DNA of 64,000 nt from Limnohabitans sp. (GCA_017986055.1 JAGNWH010000004.1:1356-65355); one strand, 5' to 3'. Positions 50,277 through 62,724 are shown, counted from the first letter of the stretch. Numbers and translations: made by a program. Notes: generated from the letters alone by a model not told the origin.

Positions 50277-50651
50277 TCAGTCCTCTTGGGCGCGAGACGA
50301 CACCGCTTTGGCGATCAGCGCATTCATATCGGATGCACGCTCTGTCGTACGGTCAAACAAGAAATGCAATGTCGGCACCGTGTGGATATGCAAACGCTTG
50401 AACAGGCCATTGCGCAGAAAACCCGCAGCCGCATTCAATCCTTCAGTGGCTTCTTCGGGATTGCCCGTCAAGACACTGAAATAGACCTTGGCGTGCGCGT
50501 AATCGGGCGTCACCTCAATCGCATTGATCGTGATCATGCCCACACGCGGGTCTTTCAACTCGCGTGCGATCAACTCGGCCAGATCGCGCTGGATCTGGTC
50601 GGCCACGCGGAAACCGCGATTGGGAACGGACGATTGCTTCTTGCGCGCCAT
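50277..50651 (-). CDS. rbfA: 30S ribosome-binding factor A
   Basis: [25 protein letters not shown]; position in the infB operon. Confidence 0.97.
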   Translation of the reverse strand: MARKKQSSVPNRGFRVADQIQRDLAELIARELKDPRVGMITINAIEVTPDYAHAKVYFSVLTGNPEEATEGLNAAAGFLRNGLFKRLHIHTVPTLHFLFDRTTERASDMNALIAKAVSSRAQED

Positions 50652-53651
50652 TTACAGCGTTCTCGCAATTTCCTTGACGTCGAAGAATTCGAGGTAATCG
50701 CCTTCTTTGATGTCGTTGTAGTTCTTGAGCTTGATACCGCACTCGAAGCCTTCTTTGACTTCGCGCACGTCGTCCTTGAGTCGCTTGAGCGAATCGAGCT
50801 CGCCGGTATAGATGACCACGTTGTCGCGCAGCAGACGGAACTTGGCGCTGCGGGTGACTTGACCCGAAGTGACCATACAACCTGCAACAGTACCGATCTT
50901 GGAGGCCACGAACACAGTGCGAATCTCGGCCATACCCATGATTTCTTCGCGCTGCTCTGGTGCCAACATGCCCGACATGGCCGCCTTGAGCTCGTCCACA
51001 GCGTCATAAATGATGTTGTAGTAATGCAAATCAACGCCATTGCCTTCGGCCAACTTGCGCGCACCGGCATCGGCACGCACGTTGAAACCGATCACGATCG
51101 CTTTGGAAGCAATCGCCAAGTTGATGTCAGATTCGCTGATACCGCCCACGCCGGAGTAGACCAACTGCACTTTGACTTCTTCGGTCGACAGCTTGAGCAA
51201 GGATGCACCCAGGGCTTCTTGCGAACCCTGCACGTCGGCCTTGATGATGATCGGCAGCATCTTGACTTCGCCCGCGGACATGTCTGTGAACATGTTTTCG
51301 AGCTTGGCAGCTTGTTGCTTGGCCAGCTTGGTGTTGCGGAATTTACCGGCTCGGTAAGTCGCGATTTCGCGGGCACGGCGCTCGTCGCCCATGACCATGA
51401 ACTCGTCACCGGCTTGCGGCACCTCGGTCAGACCTTGAATTTCGACTGGAATCGATGGGCCTGCCGACTTGATGGCGGCACCGTTTTCGTCCAGCATGGC
51501 ACGCACGCGGCCAAAGGTCTGGCCTGCCAACACCACATCGCCGGTGTTCAAAGTACCGGACTGCACAAGAATAGTAGCCACAGGACCACGACCTTTGTCC
51601 AGACGAGCCTCGATGACCAGACCCTTGGCAGCGGCTTGCACCGGCGCCTTGAGTTCCAGCACTTCAGCTTGCAGAAGCACTTGCTCCAACAAGGCATCGA
51701 TGCCCATGCCGGTTTTGGCAGACACAGAGACGAAAGGAGAGTCGCCACCGAATTCTTCGGGCACCACTTCTTCGGCGATCAATTCGCTGCGAACACGCTC
51801 AATGTTGGCATCGGGCTTGTCCATCTTGTTGATGGCGACCACGATCGGCACACCGGCTGCTTTGGCGTGCTTGATGGCTTCTTTGGTCTGGGGCATCACA
51901 CCGTCGTCACCGGCCACCACGAGGATGACGATGTCGGTAGCTTGTGCGCCACGGGCACGCATGGCCGTGAAAGCCTCGTGACCGGGGGTGTCCAGGAAAG
52001 AAATCATGCCGCGAGGCGTTTCGACGTGGTATGCACCAATGTGCTGGGTAATGCCACCGGCTTCGCCCGAAGCCACTTTGGCTCGGCGAATGTAGTCCAA
52101 CAACGATGTTTTACCGTGGTCAACGTGGCCCATGACGGTGACCACAGGGGCACGCGGCAAAGACTCGGCGTTTTGTTCTGACACTTCGTCGTCGGTGAAA
52201 GCTTCTGGATCGTCCAGCGCAGCAATCACGGCCTTGTGACCCATCTCTTCCACCACGATCATGGCGGTGTCTTGGTCCAACGGCTGGTTCATCGTGGCCA
52301 TCTGGCCGAGCTTCATCAAGTGCTTGATGACTTCGGAAGCCTTGATGGCCATTTTGTGGGCCAATTCGGCCACAGTGATGGTTTCTGGCACGTGCACTTC
52401 GAGCACACGCACTTCTGCGGGGGCCTGTTGTGTGTGTGAATCATCGCGATCGCGCTCATTGCCACGGCGACCGCGTGGCCCGCCGCGCCAGTTGTTGCGT
52501 CCCACACCACCGCTGCTGTCGCCGCGGGTTGGAATGGCTTTCTTTTTGGCTGGATCACCCGCCCAGCTGGATGAAAGCTTGGCAGATTTGACTTCTTTGT
52601 TGCCTGCCGGACCCGCAGGTGCGGCGGCTTGCGCAGCGGCGGCACGTGCACCGGGTGCAGGTGTGCCTGCTGGTTTGTGCAAAGTGCCTTTGACAGCCGC
52701 TTTGGGCTCAACCTTGGGCTCTTCTTTTTTAGCAACCAATACCTTTTTAGGGGCATTCATCATGTTGCGAATAGCCTCGGCTTCGGCCAATGCCTTGCGA
52801 CGACGCGAGTCAAGATCGGCAGCTCGGGCGGTGTCTTCGTCGGCTTTGGCCTTCGAGTCAGCTGCCGCTTTTTGCGCTGCAGCTTCGCGTGCTTCCTGAT
52901 CGACTTTGGCTTTGGCAACAGCCGCTTCTGCAACTTGCGCGGCTTTGGCAGCGGCAACATTTTCGGCAGAAATAACAGGTGCTGTTGGCGCAGCAGGTGC
53001 AGTTTTCGCTTGCGATGCCGCATTGATGCTGGCGGCTTCAGCGCGGGCCAATTGCTCACGCTCTTCGCGGCTCAATTGAGGCTTGGCCGGAACGGCCTGA
53101 CCTGCAGCCAATGCAGCCGCTTCAGCCAAAGACTGTGCCTCAGCACGGGCTTTAGCCTCTTGTGCTGCCAACTCAGAGCGTTGTTGAGCTTCTTGTTCTT
53201 CGCGCACACGGCGCTTTTCAACCAATTCTTCTTCCTGGCGGCGAATCAGTTCGGCCTGACGGCGTGCTTCTTCTTCGCGGCGAGCCAGATCGGCATGGTC
53301 GATCACGGGCTCTTGCGGCTCTTCGGCTTGCGCCTCTTGCACCGGCTCGTCATCGCGTTTGATCAGAGTGCGTTTTTTACGCACTTCCACCTGGATCGTG
53401 CGGGCTTTGCCAGAAGCGTCGGCCTGCTTGATCTCGCTGGTGGACTTTTTCACCAAGGTGATTTTTTTGCGGTCACCGGCCACGGTGCCGTGACTCGCTT
53501 GCAGGTAACTGAGCAATTTTTGTTTGTCAGCATCGTTCAGCGTATCGCTGTCCGAAGCTTTGGCAACACCGGCTGATCGCAATTGATCAAGCAGGACGTC
53601 GGCAGATTTTTTGAGTTCGTTTGCGAACTCGGCAACAGTGGTACTGGACAT
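50652..53651 (-). CDS. infB: Translation initiation factor IF-2
   Basis: [38 protein letters not shown]; long Ala/Glu-rich N-domain; start trimmed to MSSTTV. Confidence 0.98.
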   Translation of the reverse strand: MSSTTVAEFANELKKSADVLLDQLRSAGVAKASDSDTLNDADKQKLLSYLQASHGTVAGDRKKITLVKKSTSEIKQADASGKARTIQVEVRKKRTLIKRDDEPVQEAQAEEPQEPVIDHADLARREEEARRQAELIRRQEEELVEKRRVREEQEAQQRSELAAQEAKARAEAQSLAEAAALAAGQAVPAKPQLSREEREQLARAEAASINAASQAKTAPAAPTAPVISAENVAAAKAAQVAEAAVAKAKVDQEAREAAAQKAAADSKAKADEDTARAADLDSRRRKALAEAEAIRNMMNAPKKVLVAKKEEPKVEPKAAVKGTLHKPAGTPAPGARAAAAQAAAPAGPAGNKEVKSAKLSSSWAGDPAKKKAIPTRGDSSGGVGRNNWRGGPRGRRGNERDRDDSHTQQAPAEVRVLEVHVPETITVAELAHKMAIKASEVIKHLMKLGQMATMNQPLDQDTAMIVVEEMGHKAVIAALDDPEAFTDDEVSEQNAESLPRAPVVTVMGHVDHGKTSLLDYIRRAKVASGEAGGITQHIGAYHVETPRGMISFLDTPGHEAFTAMRARGAQATDIVILVVAGDDGVMPQTKEAIKHAKAAGVPIVVAINKMDKPDANIERVRSELIAEEVVPEEFGGDSPFVSVSAKTGMGIDALLEQVLLQAEVLELKAPVQAAAKGLVIEARLDKGRGPVATILVQSGTLNTGDVVLAGQTFGRVRAMLDENGAAIKSAGPSIPVEIQGLTEVPQAGDEFMVMGDERRAREIATYRAGKFRNTKLAKQQAAKLENMFTDMSAGEVKMLPIIIKADVQGSQEALGASLLKLSTEEVKVQLVYSGVGGISESDINLAIASKAIVIGFNVRADAGARKLAEGNGVDLHYYNIIYDAVDELKAAMSGMLAPEQREEIMGMAEIRTVFVASKIGTVAGCMVTSGQVTRSAKFRLLRDNVVIYTGELDSLKRLKDDVREVKEGFECGIKLKNYNDIKEGDYLEFFDVKEIARTL

Positions 53652-53674
53652 ATTGTGTTCAAGCCTCCATAGCT

Positions 53675-55159
53675 TCAGGCCTGGCCAGCGAACCAATGTT
53701 CGCGGGCTTTCATGATCAGGGCGGTCGCCTCTTCAGCTGTCTGAGCAGTGATGTCAGTCAGTTCATCGGTGGCCAAGTCAGCCAAATCGTCACGGGTTTG
53801 AATACCCGCTTCAACCAGCTTGGAAATCAGCTCAGGCGTCAAGCCTGGCAAGTCACGCAAATCCTGAGAAACGTCTTCAACGCTCTCTTCACGTGCAATC
53901 TCAAGGGTCAGCAACGCATCTTTGGCACGCGTACGCAACTCGTTGATGGTGTCTTCGTCGAAGCTTTCGATCTCCTGCATTTCCTGGATTGGCACATAAG
54001 CCACTTCTTCCAGGCTAGCGAAACCTTCGCCAATCAGGATGTCGGCAATCTCCTGGTCCACATCGAGCTTTTCCATGAACAACTGGCGGATGCCCGTGGT
54101 TTCTTCGGCTTGCTTCTGGGCAGACTCGGCTGCGTCCATGATGTTGATTTTCCAGCCCGTGAGGTCGGAAGCCAGACGCACGTTTTGACCACCACGGCCA
54201 ATCGCAATCGCCAGGTTTTCTTCATCAACCACGACGTCCATGGCGTGTTTTTCTTCGTCCACCACGATCGACTGCACGTTGGCCGGAGCCAAAGCGCCAA
54301 TCACGAACTGGGCAGGGTCCTCGCTCCACAAGACAATGTCGACGCGCTCGCCAGCCAATTCGTTGGTGACGGCATTGACGCGTGTGCCACGCACACCGAC
54401 GCAAGTGCCGATGGGGTCCACACGTTTGTCATGCGACAACACAGCGATCTTGGCGCGGGAGCCTGGGTCGCGGGCGCAGGTTTTGATTTCCAGAAGGCCT
54501 TGCTCAATTTCGGGCACTTCCTGGCGGAACAACTCGATCATGAACTCGGGGGCCGAACGCGACAGCAAAATCGGCGCGCCGCGCAAGGTCAAGTCCACCT
54601 CCATGATCATGGCGCGCACACGGTCGCCACTGCGCAGGTTTTCCTTGGGGATCATTTCGCTGCGACGCAGACGGCCTTCAATGCGACCGGACTCGCAAAT
54701 GATGTCGCCCTTGTCCATGCGCTTGACGGTGCCGACAAAAATCTTCTCGCCACGGGACATGAAGTCGTTGAGCAGCATTTCGCGCTCGGCATCACGGATT
54801 TTTTGCAAGATGACCTGCTTGGCCGCCATGGCACCAATGCGGCCGATGGGCAAAGACTCGATGGGCTCTTCGATGTACTCATCGACTTCGATGTCCGGGA
54901 TTTGCTCTTTGGCTTCGAACAGCAAAATCTCCTGCTCGGGCAACTGAAGACCGGCTTCATCGGGAACCACGTGCCAGCGGCGGAAAGTCTCGTAATTGCC
55001 GTTGTCGCGGTCCACCGCAACGCGGATGTCCACTTCACCGGAATACAATTTTTTGGTAGCTTGGGCCAAAGCGGCTTCCACAGCACCAAACACCACGTCG
55101 CGCTCAACGTTCTTTTCACGTGAGATGGCTTCGACCAACATCAGCATTTCGCGATTCAT
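53675..55159 (-). CDS. nusA: Transcription termination/antitermination factor NusA
   Basis: [36 protein letters not shown]1/AR2 tail; start trimmed to MNREML. Confidence 0.98.
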   Translation of the reverse strand: MNREMLMLVEAISREKNVERDVVFGAVEAALAQATKKLYSGEVDIRVAVDRDNGNYETFRRWHVVPDEAGLQLPEQEILLFEAKEQIPDIEVDEYIEEPIESLPIGRIGAMAAKQVILQKIRDAEREMLLNDFMSRGEKIFVGTVKRMDKGDIICESGRIEGRLRRSEMIPKENLRSGDRVRAMIMEVDLTLRGAPILLSRSAPEFMIELFRQEVPEIEQGLLEIKTCARDPGSRAKIAVLSHDKRVDPIGTCVGVRGTRVNAVTNELAGERVDIVLWSEDPAQFVIGALAPANVQSIVVDEEKHAMDVVVDEENLAIAIGRGGQNVRLASDLTGWKINIMDAAESAQKQAEETTGIRQLFMEKLDVDQEIADILIGEGFASLEEVAYVPIQEMQEIESFDEDTINELRTRAKDALLTLEIAREESVEDVSQDLRDLPGLTPELISKLVEAGIQTRDDLADLATDELTDITAQTAEEATALIMKAREHWFAGQA

Positions 55160-55229
55160 GACTTGACTCTCCTGTTCCACTGGGCCTGCGGTTCAGACCC
55201 GATATAAATGCTCAAAACCCGACACCAGG

Positions 55230-55793
55230 TCAGGCTTCAACCTTTGGCTTGCGCCCTTTGAAATCCACCACGGGCGCCAAACGGGCCTCGCGCAATTCGT
55301 CCAATGTGAAGCCCAGCACATTCAAAGGTGCTGGGATCCTTTTTTTACTGATTCTTTGACCGGGCTTGCCGACAGGCTCATCGCTCCAGACGATTTGCCA
55401 ACCTTCGCCGGTAGCTGTTCGCTCGAGAGTGCCGCGGAATTTTTTGCGGCTGGCACTGACAAGCCCTACAGCGTTTTCGCCCATGGGCGCTTTGAGCGTG
55501 ATGTCAATCAACTCGCCGACAAAACGCTCGAAATCTTTTTCGTGACGCAATGGGCGATCAATACCGGGAGAGGAAACCTCAAGCCGGTTGTACGCAACGC
55601 CATCGACTTCGAGGGCAAACTGCAGTTGCCGATTGACTTTTTCGCAGTCTTCCACGTTGATGAAGAGCTCAGAGCCCGGCTGCCACGGAAAATCGATGGT
55701 AATGCGCAACAATCCGCCCGCAGTGCGGTCAATCTCAACCAGGTCATAACCCAGTCCAGTCACGGTTTCTTGAACAATTTGCTGCAATGCCAC
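55230..55793 (-). CDS. rimP: Ribosome maturation factor RimP
   Basis: LRITID, VEDCE.V, LEVSSPGIDRPL; probable GTG start at 55793. Confidence 0.93.
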   Translation of the reverse strand: MALQQIVQETVTGLGYDLVEIDRTAGGLLRITIDFPWQPGSELFINVEDCEKVNRQLQFALEVDGVAYNRLEVSSPGIDRPLRHEKDFERFVGELIDITLKAPMGENAVGLVSASRKKFRGTLERTATGEGWQIVWSDEPVGKPGQRISKKRIPAPLNVLGFTLDELREARLAPVVDFKGRKPKVEA

Positions 55794-55829
55794 AGAGCTT
55801 CGGAATATCAACGTTAAAAAAGAAAGACC

Positions 55830-55865
55830 CAAAAAAAACGGGCGGTGAAAACCCGCCCGTTTGGT
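55830..55865 (-). promoter_or_regulatory. rimP leader terminator/attenuator hairpin
   Basis: Minus strand ACGGGCGG-GTTTTCA-CCGCCCGT plus long U-tract, downstream of a TAGAAT -10 at 55878-55883. Confidence 0.65.
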
Positions 55866-55944
55866 CGTGAAGCCAGTATTCTAGCCGAAAAACGCGCTAA
55901 GTGCGTGATTTCTAAGGAAAACGAAGCCCTGTTTACCGTGAATT

Positions 55945-57558
55945 TCACTCGTTTGGAAAGGCGGCCAGCAAACTCCGGGTGTAGGCATGGCGGGGCTCAT
56001 ACAGAACTTGCTCGGCCGACCCCGCCTCGGCGATTCGCCCCCCCTGCAGCACCATCACTTGGTGGGCCATGGCACGCAAAACGTCGATATCGTGGGTAAT
56101 CAGCAAATAAGCCATGCCCCGCTTGCTCTGCAATTCTTGCAGCAATTTCAGGATTTGCTTTTGTACCGTCACATCAAGTGCGCTGGTGGGTTCGTCCAGC
56201 ACCAGTAAATCAGGGCCCACCACCAAGGCCCTCGCCAAAGCAATGCGTTGCCTTTGGCCACCCGAGAACGAGTGAGGGTATCGGCTGAGCAAATCCGGGA
56301 AAGCAGCAATGCTCAGGCCGACTTCGGCCAAAGTGGCCACAACCTGGGCCTCGATTTGGCTTGCAGAGGCCTGACCATGGTGCAGGCGAAGCCCCTCCGA
56401 GACGATTTCGCCCACCGTCATGCGCGGAGACAGGCTGCCATAAGGGTCCTGAAAAACCACCTGGACACGCCGCCGCAGGGCTTTGTCGCGTGCGGGGATG
56501 TTTTGCCAGGCCTGCCCGCCAAAAGACAATTCCCCATCAAAAGGGATCAACCCAAGAACCGCTTGCGCCAAGCTGGATTTGCCCGAGCCCGACTCGCCCA
56601 TCACACCCAAGGTGCTGCCCGGCATGATGCTGAAGTCGGCGTCGTGCACGGCTGTGAAATGGTTTTTTTGAAACCAAGCCCGCACGCCGGGCACCGCCAT
56701 GGGGTATCGCACCCGCAAGGCTTTGGCTTCGAGCAGTGGCTTGGCAGCAGAATGGGCAGACACATGCACCAAACCTTCCCGGCTGGGTCGACTGTCCAGC
56801 AGCTTTTGGGTGTACGGGTGCTGTGGACGCGCAAACACCTCCGACAAAGTGCCCTGTTCCACCAAGAGGCCTTTTTCCATCACAGCCACATGGTCGGCGA
56901 AGTGGCGAACCAAGGCCAGGTCATGGGTGATCAAGAGCACAGCCATGCCGGTTTTTTGCTGCAAATCGGCCAACAAATTCAGCATTTGCAAGCGCAGACT
57001 GGCGTCCAGAGCGGTGGTTGGCTCATCGGCCAGCAGCAATTGGGGTTCTGAAGCCACGGCCATGGCCATCATGGCGCGCTGCCTTTGCCCACCCGACAGT
57101 TGATGCGGATAAGCGTCAAAGCGACGGCGCGGGTCATCGATGCCGGTATCAAGCAACCACTGCACGGCGCGGGCATCGGCGTCGCGCCGAGTCAGCCCTT
57201 TTTTGAGTTGCAGCACCTCCGAGATTTGCTGCCCCACCGTCATCAAAGGGTTGAGCGCGGTCATCGGCTCCTGAAAAATCATGGCGATCTCGTCGCCTCG
57301 GATGCGCTGCATCTCGGCAGGCGACTGTTGCAACAAATCACGCCCTTGCCACAGCACCTGGCCCGTCAGCTTTGCCGACTCCAGCAAGCGCAGCACAGAC
57401 AAGGCCGTGACCGACTTGCCCGAGCCCGACTCACCAACCAACGCCACACGCTCACCGGCTCGAATGCTCAGATTCACACCATGCACCACCGACTGCCCGG
57501 CAAAGGCCACATCCAGGTCTTTCAACTCCAGCAAAGGCTGACTTGGGTTCGCGTTCAT
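55945..57558 (-). CDS. yejF: Peptide ABC transporter double ATPase (YejF-like)
   Basis: Two GESGSGKS Walker A motifs, LSGGQRQR and FSGGQRQR. Confidence 0.85.
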   Translation of the reverse strand: MNANPSQPLLELKDLDVAFAGQSVVHGVNLSIRAGERVALVGESGSGKSVTALSVLRLLESAKLTGQVLWQGRDLLQQSPAEMQRIRGDEIAMIFQEPMTALNPLMTVGQQISEVLQLKKGLTRRDADARAVQWLLDTGIDDPRRRFDAYPHQLSGGQRQRAMMAMAVASEPQLLLADEPTTALDASLRLQMLNLLADLQQKTGMAVLLITHDLALVRHFADHVAVMEKGLLVEQGTLSEVFARPQHPYTQKLLDSRPSREGLVHVSAHSAAKPLLEAKALRVRYPMAVPGVRAWFQKNHFTAVHDADFSIMPGSTLGVMGESGSGKSSLAQAVLGLIPFDGELSFGGQAWQNIPARDKALRRRVQVVFQDPYGSLSPRMTVGEIVSEGLRLHHGQASASQIEAQVVATLAEVGLSIAAFPDLLSRYPHSFSGGQRQRIALARALVVGPDLLVLDEPTSALDVTVQKQILKLLQELQSKRGMAYLLITHDIDVLRAMAHQVMVLQGGRIAEAGSAEQVLYEPRHAYTRSLLAAFPNE

Positions 57559-58610
57559 GCGTCCACCTTTCGCGGGTCCAGCGCGTCACGCAAGGCATCG
57601 CCCATAAAGGTCAGCAGCAGCAAGGTCACCACCAACACACCGAAGGTAGAGATCGAAATCCACCAAGCATCGATGTTGTTTTTGCCTTGGGCGAGCAGTT
57701 CACCCAAAGACGGTGTGCCGGGTGGAACCCCCAGACCCAAAAAATCAAGCGATGTCAAAGCCAGAATGGCGCCACTCATGCGAAAGGGCAAAAAGGTGAC
57801 CACTGGGGTCATGCTGTTGGGCAGCACATGCCGCCACATGATTTGCCAATGCCCCAAACCCAGAGCACGAGCCGACTTGACGTAATCGAGTTGGCGGTTG
57901 CGCAAGAACTCGGCCCGCACATAGTCGGACAAGCCCATCCAGCCAAACAGACTTAACAGGACCAGCAACAAACCCACGCTGGGCTCGAACACCGCCGAGA
58001 AGATGATGAGCAAATACAGCTCAGGCATGGCGCTCCAGATCTCGATAAAACGCTGGAACACCAGATCGATCTTGCCCGCAAAGAAACCCTGTACAGCACC
58101 CGTCAACACGCCCAGCAACACGCCAAAAATGGTCAGGGCCAATGCGAACAAAACGGACACGCGAAACCCGTACAGCAACCGTGCCAACACATCGCGCCCA
58201 CGGTCGTCGGTGCCCAACCAGTTGCGTGCGCTGGGTGGCGCAGGGTTGGGCAGAGGGGCAAAGTAATCGAGCGTGCTGTGGTGGTAGGGGTTTGGCGCTT
58301 GCAAAGCCCAGTTGCCATCCTTGCTCAGTTGTTGCTGGATGAAAGGGTCCAGGTAATCGGCGGGGGTTTCAAAGTCGCCACCGAACAGCTTTTCGGGCAA
58401 GGTCTGCACGACAGGAAAGTACCACTGCCCCTGAAAGCGCACGACCAGCGGTTTGTCGTTCGACAAGAACTCGGCCCCCAGGCTGAGAACGAACAGGGTG
58501 ACAAAAATGAGCAGACTGCCCAAACCCAGGCGGTTGCCCTTGAAGCGCTGCCAAGCTCGGGCCGATGGCGAGGCCTGAGGTGCCAAACAGGAAGATGGAG
58601 ATGCGCTCAT
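57555..58610 (-). CDS. yejE: Peptide ABC transporter permease (YejE-like)
   Basis: LSNDKPL, FGGDFET, LGTDDRGRDVLARL.YGFR, VRAEFLR; start trimmed to MSASPS. Confidence 0.88.
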   Translation of the reverse strand: MSASPSSCLAPQASPSARAWQRFKGNRLGLGSLLIFVTLFVLSLGAEFLSNDKPLVVRFQGQWYFPVVQTLPEKLFGGDFETPADYLDPFIQQQLSKDGNWALQAPNPYHHSTLDYFAPLPNPAPPSARNWLGTDDRGRDVLARLLYGFRVSVLFALALTIFGVLLGVLTGAVQGFFAGKIDLVFQRFIEIWSAMPELYLLIIFSAVFEPSVGLLLVLLSLFGWMGLSDYVRAEFLRNRQLDYVKSARALGLGHWQIMWRHVLPNSMTPVVTFLPFRMSGAILALTSLDFLGLGVPPGTPSLGELLAQGKNNIDAWWISISTFGVLVVTLLLLTFMGDALRDALDPRKVDA

Positions 58611-59644
58611 GTGTCGAACTTCACGCGGGGGTCCACCCACACATAACAAAGGTCGCTGATCAGCTTGGTCACCAAGCCGATCAGTGTGAACAAATACAAA
58701 GTGCCCAGCACCACCGGATAGTCACGCCGGATCACCGATTCGTAGCTGAGCAAACCCAGACCGTCCAGCGAGAACAAGGTTTCGATCAGCAAAGAGCCCG
58801 TGAAAAAAGCCCCGATGAAAGCGGCAGGAAAACCGGTGACCAGCGGGATCAAAGCGTTGCGCATGACATGGCGGTACAGCACCCTGTTTTCGCTCAAACC
58901 CTTGGCACGAGCCGTCAGCACATATTGCTTGCGGATTTCTTCCAAAAATGCGTTCTTGGTCAGCATGGTGATGACCGCAAAAGAACCCAGCACACTGGCC
59001 GTGACCGGCAGGGCGATGTGCCACAGGTAGTCGACCACTTTGCTGCCCCAACTCAGTTGCTCCCAGTTGGACGAAGTCAGGCCACGCAGAGGAAACCACT
59101 GCAACTGCCCACCAAAGACCACCAGCAAAGCCACCCCCAGCACAAAGCCCGGAACCGCGTAACCGACCAGCACCAACAAGCTGGTGAGCGTGTCAAAGCG
59201 CGAGCCCGCCCGCACGGCCTTGGCAATGCCCAAAGGCACTGACACCAGATAACTGAGAAAAAACGTCCACAAGCCCAGGCTGATCGAGACCGGCAGTTTT
59301 TCTTGGATCAGGCTCCAAACGTCTTTGGGGTAGAAAAAGCTTTTGCCAAGATCGAACTGTGCAAACTGTTTGAGCATCATCCAAAAGCGCTCCGTGGGGG
59401 GCTTGTCAAAACCATAGAGGGTTTTGATCTCGGCAATGCGGGCTGCATCCACGCCCTGCCGGCCCCGGTAAGCACTCCCCGCAGCCGCAGCGCCCTCCCC
59501 GCCTGTGTCACGCCCTTGCAATTGGGCCACCATCTGCTCCACCGGACCGCCGGGCACAAACTGGATCACTGCAAAAGTCATCAGCAAGACGCCCAACAAG
59601 GTGGGGACCATCAACAACAAACGTTTGAATATGTAGGCCAGCAT
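58607..59644 (-). CDS. yejB: Peptide ABC transporter permease (YejB-like)
   Basis: YIFKRLLLMVPTL, FVPGGPVEQ, YGFDKP, TARAKGL, RDYPVV, VDPRVKF. Confidence 0.9.
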   Translation of the reverse strand: MLAYIFKRLLLMVPTLLGVLLMTFAVIQFVPGGPVEQMVAQLQGRDTGGEGAAAAGSAYRGRQGVDAARIAEIKTLYGFDKPPTERFWMMLKQFAQFDLGKSFFYPKDVWSLIQEKLPVSISLGLWTFFLSYLVSVPLGIAKAVRAGSRFDTLTSLLVLVGYAVPGFVLGVALLVVFGGQLQWFPLRGLTSSNWEQLSWGSKVVDYLWHIALPVTASVLGSFAVITMLTKNAFLEEIRKQYVLTARAKGLSENRVLYRHVMRNALIPLVTGFPAAFIGAFFTGSLLIETLFSLDGLGLLSYESVIRRDYPVVLGTLYLFTLIGLVTKLISDLCYVWVDPRVKFDT

Positions 59645-59647
59645 GGA

Positions 59648-61573
59648 TCAAGGGCCTTTCTTGGCAGCGGCATCGCCGACAGTCGGGATGACAGACGCAG
59701 ACGCACGGGCGGACAAGGCCGCAGGCGCTGCCCCCGCCCGCTTGGACCACCAGACCGAAGTGACCAAGGCCTCTGGCTGGTAATAACGCGGCAAGCTGGC
59801 AGGCCGCGCAAAAGCAGCGTCGCGCCAAGACACGCGGTGCACCGCGCCGTACCAATGCGGCACCACGTAATGGCCGTGGCGCAACACGCGGTCCAGTGCC
59901 CGCAAGCTGGCGCCCAACTCGGGGCGGGTGGTGGCGCTCACCACTTTGTCCAGCAGTGCATCAACGGCTGGGTCTTTCAGGCCCAGCACATTGCCCGAGC
60001 CTTCGACATCGGCTGATTTGCTGCCAAAACGCTCCAGCAATTCGGTACCCGGCGCTTCACTGCCCACGGTGCGGTTGCTGACGATGTCAAAGTCAAACAC
60101 ATCCATGCGTTTTTGCAGCAGCGCAAAGTCGATCACTTTGTACTGCACCTGAATGCCCAGCTTTTCCAGGTTTTTGGCAAACGGGGTGACCACACGCCCC
60201 ATGGAACCCGAACTGTCCAAAAATTCGATGGCCAGCGCCTGGCCAGTGCCGTTGCGCAAAGCGCCATCGCGGTAAGTCCAACCGGCATCTCTCAGCAAAT
60301 CACGCGCTTGGCGCAGGTGGTCGCGCAAGGTGTGCCCAGAATCGACGGCCAGATCCGTCTTGGGAGGCTGAGGAACGTCTTGTTCGAAAACAGCGGCAGG
60401 CAACTTGGACGTCAAAGGCTGCAGCAAAGCCAATTCATCGTTGCCGGGTCGGCCTTTGGCCTCGAAGTCGCTGGCCACAAAGTACCCACGCACGCGGCTG
60501 TAGGCGTTGTAAAACAACTGGCGATTCAACCACTCAAAGTCCATGGCCAGCGCGATCGCTTGGCGCACACGCACATCCTTGAACTTGTCGCGGCGCAGGT
60601 TGAACTGAAAGCCCTGAAAGTCGCCCGCATTGCCGTGCGGCAACTCGGCCTTGATCAACTCGCCACGCTCGAATGCGCGGCCCGTGAAGGCCCTGGCCCA
60701 CTCCCGCGCAATGAAAGACTGCATGTAATCGAACTCCCCCGCCTTGAAAGCTTCGAGCTGCGCGGTGCTGTCTTTGTAAATTTTGTAGGTGATGCGGTCA
60801 AAGTTGAACAGTCCCTTGCGCACATTCAGGTCTTTGGCCCAATAAGCCGTGTCGCGCACATAGGTGATGTCTTTGCCAAATTGCACAGGGCCAACTCGGT
60901 AAGGGCCTGATGCGATGGGAACCTCCATGACCATCTGGTCAAGCGGTGTGTGCACTTTGCCTTGCAAACCCCACTTTTGACTGAACACCGGCAAGCTGCC
61001 CACGATCAAGGGCAGTTCGCTGTTGGGCCGAACAAAATCAAATCGGATGCTGCGCTCGCCCAAAACCGTGGCGGCTTTGACCTCAGAAAAATAGGTTCGG
61101 TACTGTGGGGCCGCTTGCTTGCTGGTCAGTCGCTCAAAGGTGTGGCGCACATCGGCAGCCAGGACCGGGTCACCGTTGTGAAAGCGGGCTTGCGGATGAA
61201 TCTGAAAAGTCACCGACATGCGGTCAGACGCCACCTGAATGTCCGAAGCCAGCAAACCATAAGCCGTGGTCGGCTCGTCCATATTGCCCACCAGCAAGGT
61301 GTCAAACAACATGCCCAGCATGGCCGGGGGCGCACTGCCTTTGAGGGTAAAGGGGTTGTATTTGTCGAAGTTGGATTGCCGTGTGGGAGGCACCAAAGCG
61401 ATCTCACCGCCTTTTGGCGCGTCAGGGTTCACATACGAGAAATGGGCAAAACCGGCCTGGTAACGAATGTCGCCAAACTGCGCATACGCATGCGCCGCCC
61501 ACGCGGTGTTCGTCGTCAAGAGCCCGAGGGCCAGCCAGCAGTGAGTCCAAAATCGGGCCATGGGTCTTCGCAT
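59648..61573 (-). CDS. yejA: Peptide ABC transporter substrate-binding protein (YejA-like)
   Basis: Signal peptide ending AWA; [28 protein letters not shown]...HYVVPHW; start trimmed to MRRPM. Confidence 0.88.
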   Translation of the reverse strand: MRRPMARFWTHCWLALGLLTTNTAWAAHAYAQFGDIRYQAGFAHFSYVNPDAPKGGEIALVPPTRQSNFDKYNPFTLKGSAPPAMLGMLFDTLLVGNMDEPTTAYGLLASDIQVASDRMSVTFQIHPQARFHNGDPVLAADVRHTFERLTSKQAAPQYRTYFSEVKAATVLGERSIRFDFVRPNSELPLIVGSLPVFSQKWGLQGKVHTPLDQMVMEVPIASGPYRVGPVQFGKDITYVRDTAYWAKDLNVRKGLFNFDRITYKIYKDSTAQLEAFKAGEFDYMQSFIAREWARAFTGRAFERGELIKAELPHGNAGDFQGFQFNLRRDKFKDVRVRQAIALAMDFEWLNRQLFYNAYSRVRGYFVASDFEAKGRPGNDELALLQPLTSKLPAAVFEQDVPQPPKTDLAVDSGHTLRDHLRQARDLLRDAGWTYRDGALRNGTGQALAIEFLDSSGSMGRVVTPFAKNLEKLGIQVQYKVIDFALLQKRMDVFDFDIVSNRTVGSEAPGTELLERFGSKSADVEGSGNVLGLKDPAVDALLDKVVSATTRPELGASLRALDRVLRHGHYVVPHWYGAVHRVSWRDAAFARPASLPRYYQPEALVTSVWWSKRAGAAPAALSARASASVIPTVGDAAAKKGP

Positions 61574-61610
61574 GCGACAATTCTGCACACATTTTCCAGG
61601 AGTTGAAGAC

Positions 61611-62426
61611 ATGACTACAAAAACAGGATTTCTGTCGGGCAAAAAGCTGTTGATCACCGGCGTGTTGTCCAACCGCTCGATCGCCTATGGCATTGCCAAG
61701 GCTTGCCACGCGCAAGGCGCTGAACTGGCCTTCAGTTACGTGGGCGAGCGCTTCAAGGACCGCATCACCGAGTTCGCAGCCGACTTTGACTCCAAGCTGA
61801 TCTTTGACTGCGATGTGGGCAGCGACGAACAAATTGAAAAACTGTTCACCGATTTGTCGGCCACTTGGCCCAAGATCGACGGCTTTGTGCACGCGATTGG
61901 CTATGCCCCACGCGAGGCCATTGCAGGCGACTTCTTGGACGGTTTGTCGCGAGAAGGCTTCAAGATCGCACACGACATCAGCGCCTACAGCTTCCCTGCC
62001 ATGGCCAAAGCAGCTCTGCCCTACCTGAACGACAAATCGGCCTTGCTGACCCTGACCTATCTGGGGGCCATCCGCACCGTGCCCAACTACAACACCATGG
62101 GCTTGGCCAAGGCCAGCCTGGAAGCGTCGGTGCGCTACCTGGCCGAGTCGCTGGGCAGCCAGAACCGCGGCCTGCGGGCCAACGGCATCTCGGCGGGCCC
62201 CATCAAGACCCTGGCCGCCAGCGGCATCAAAGGCTTTGGCAAGATTTTGTCGGTGGTGGCCGAAGCCTCGCCGATTCGCCGCAACGTGACGATTGACGAT
62301 GTGGGCAATGTGGCGGCTTTCTTGTTGAGCGACTTGGCCGCAGGCGTGACCGCTGAGATCACGTATGTGGACGGTGGCTTCAGCCAAGTGGTCGGTGGGA
62401 TTGCGGAGCCTGCTGCGGCAGCTTGA
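61611..62426 (+). CDS. fabI: Enoyl-ACP reductase
   Basis: [47 protein letters not shown]; AGGAG RBS before MTTKTG. Confidence 0.97.
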   Translation: MTTKTGFLSGKKLLITGVLSNRSIAYGIAKACHAQGAELAFSYVGERFKDRITEFAADFDSKLIFDCDVGSDEQIEKLFTDLSATWPKIDGFVHAIGYAPREAIAGDFLDGLSREGFKIAHDISAYSFPAMAKAALPYLNDKSALLTLTYLGAIRTVPNYNTMGLAKASLEASVRYLAESLGSQNRGLRANGISAGPIKTLAASGIKGFGKILSVVAEASPIRRNVTIDDVGNVAAFLLSDLAAGVTAEITYVDGGFSQVVGGIAEPAAAA

Positions 62427-62468
62427 TTTTGCTGTCCGCTCTACGGCATACATGCCTTCTGCAAGACC

Positions 62469-62553
62469 GCCCGAGAGCAGGCGGGCGCTGCCCAGGCTCA
62501 TAACTCGCTTCGCTCGCCAAATCGCCCGGTTCAGCGCCCGCCTGCTCTCGGGC
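62469..62553 (+). repeat. Long hairpin with perfect 22-bp stem
   Basis: GCCCGAGAGCAGGCGGGCGCTG (62469-62490) and its exact reverse complement (62532-62553); loop contains CGCTTCGCT. Confidence 0.8.
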
Positions 62554-62679
62554 TAAGTGGATGCTCTTGTGTCCATGGGCTTGGTCGAGGTCGCCTCACT
62601 GCCTCAACACGCTGATTTGATCAAGCTTGCCTGTGTGCTGTTGGCAGTCAAGATCGACGCTCAACCGGCGCATCTTCCG

Positions 62680-62716
62680 GAATTGAAAAAAGCGGCCTAG
62701 GCCGCTTTTTCAATTC
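62680..62716. terminator. Bidirectional intrinsic terminator
   Basis: GAATTGAAAAAAGCGGCCTAGGCCGCTTTTTCAATTC near-perfect palindrome with A/T tracts between convergent genes. Confidence 0.85.
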
Positions 62717-62724
62717 TCCCACCC

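Noticed and set aside
52600-53350. Low-complexity Ala/Glu/Lys-rich stretch in infB
   Set aside because: Normal variable N-terminal region of proteobacterial IF-2.
62469-62553. Possible integron attC site because of the ACTCGCTTCGCTCG loop
   Set aside because: No RYYYAAC...GTTRRRY boundaries, a perfect stem with no extrahelical bases, and no cassette ORF or integrase.
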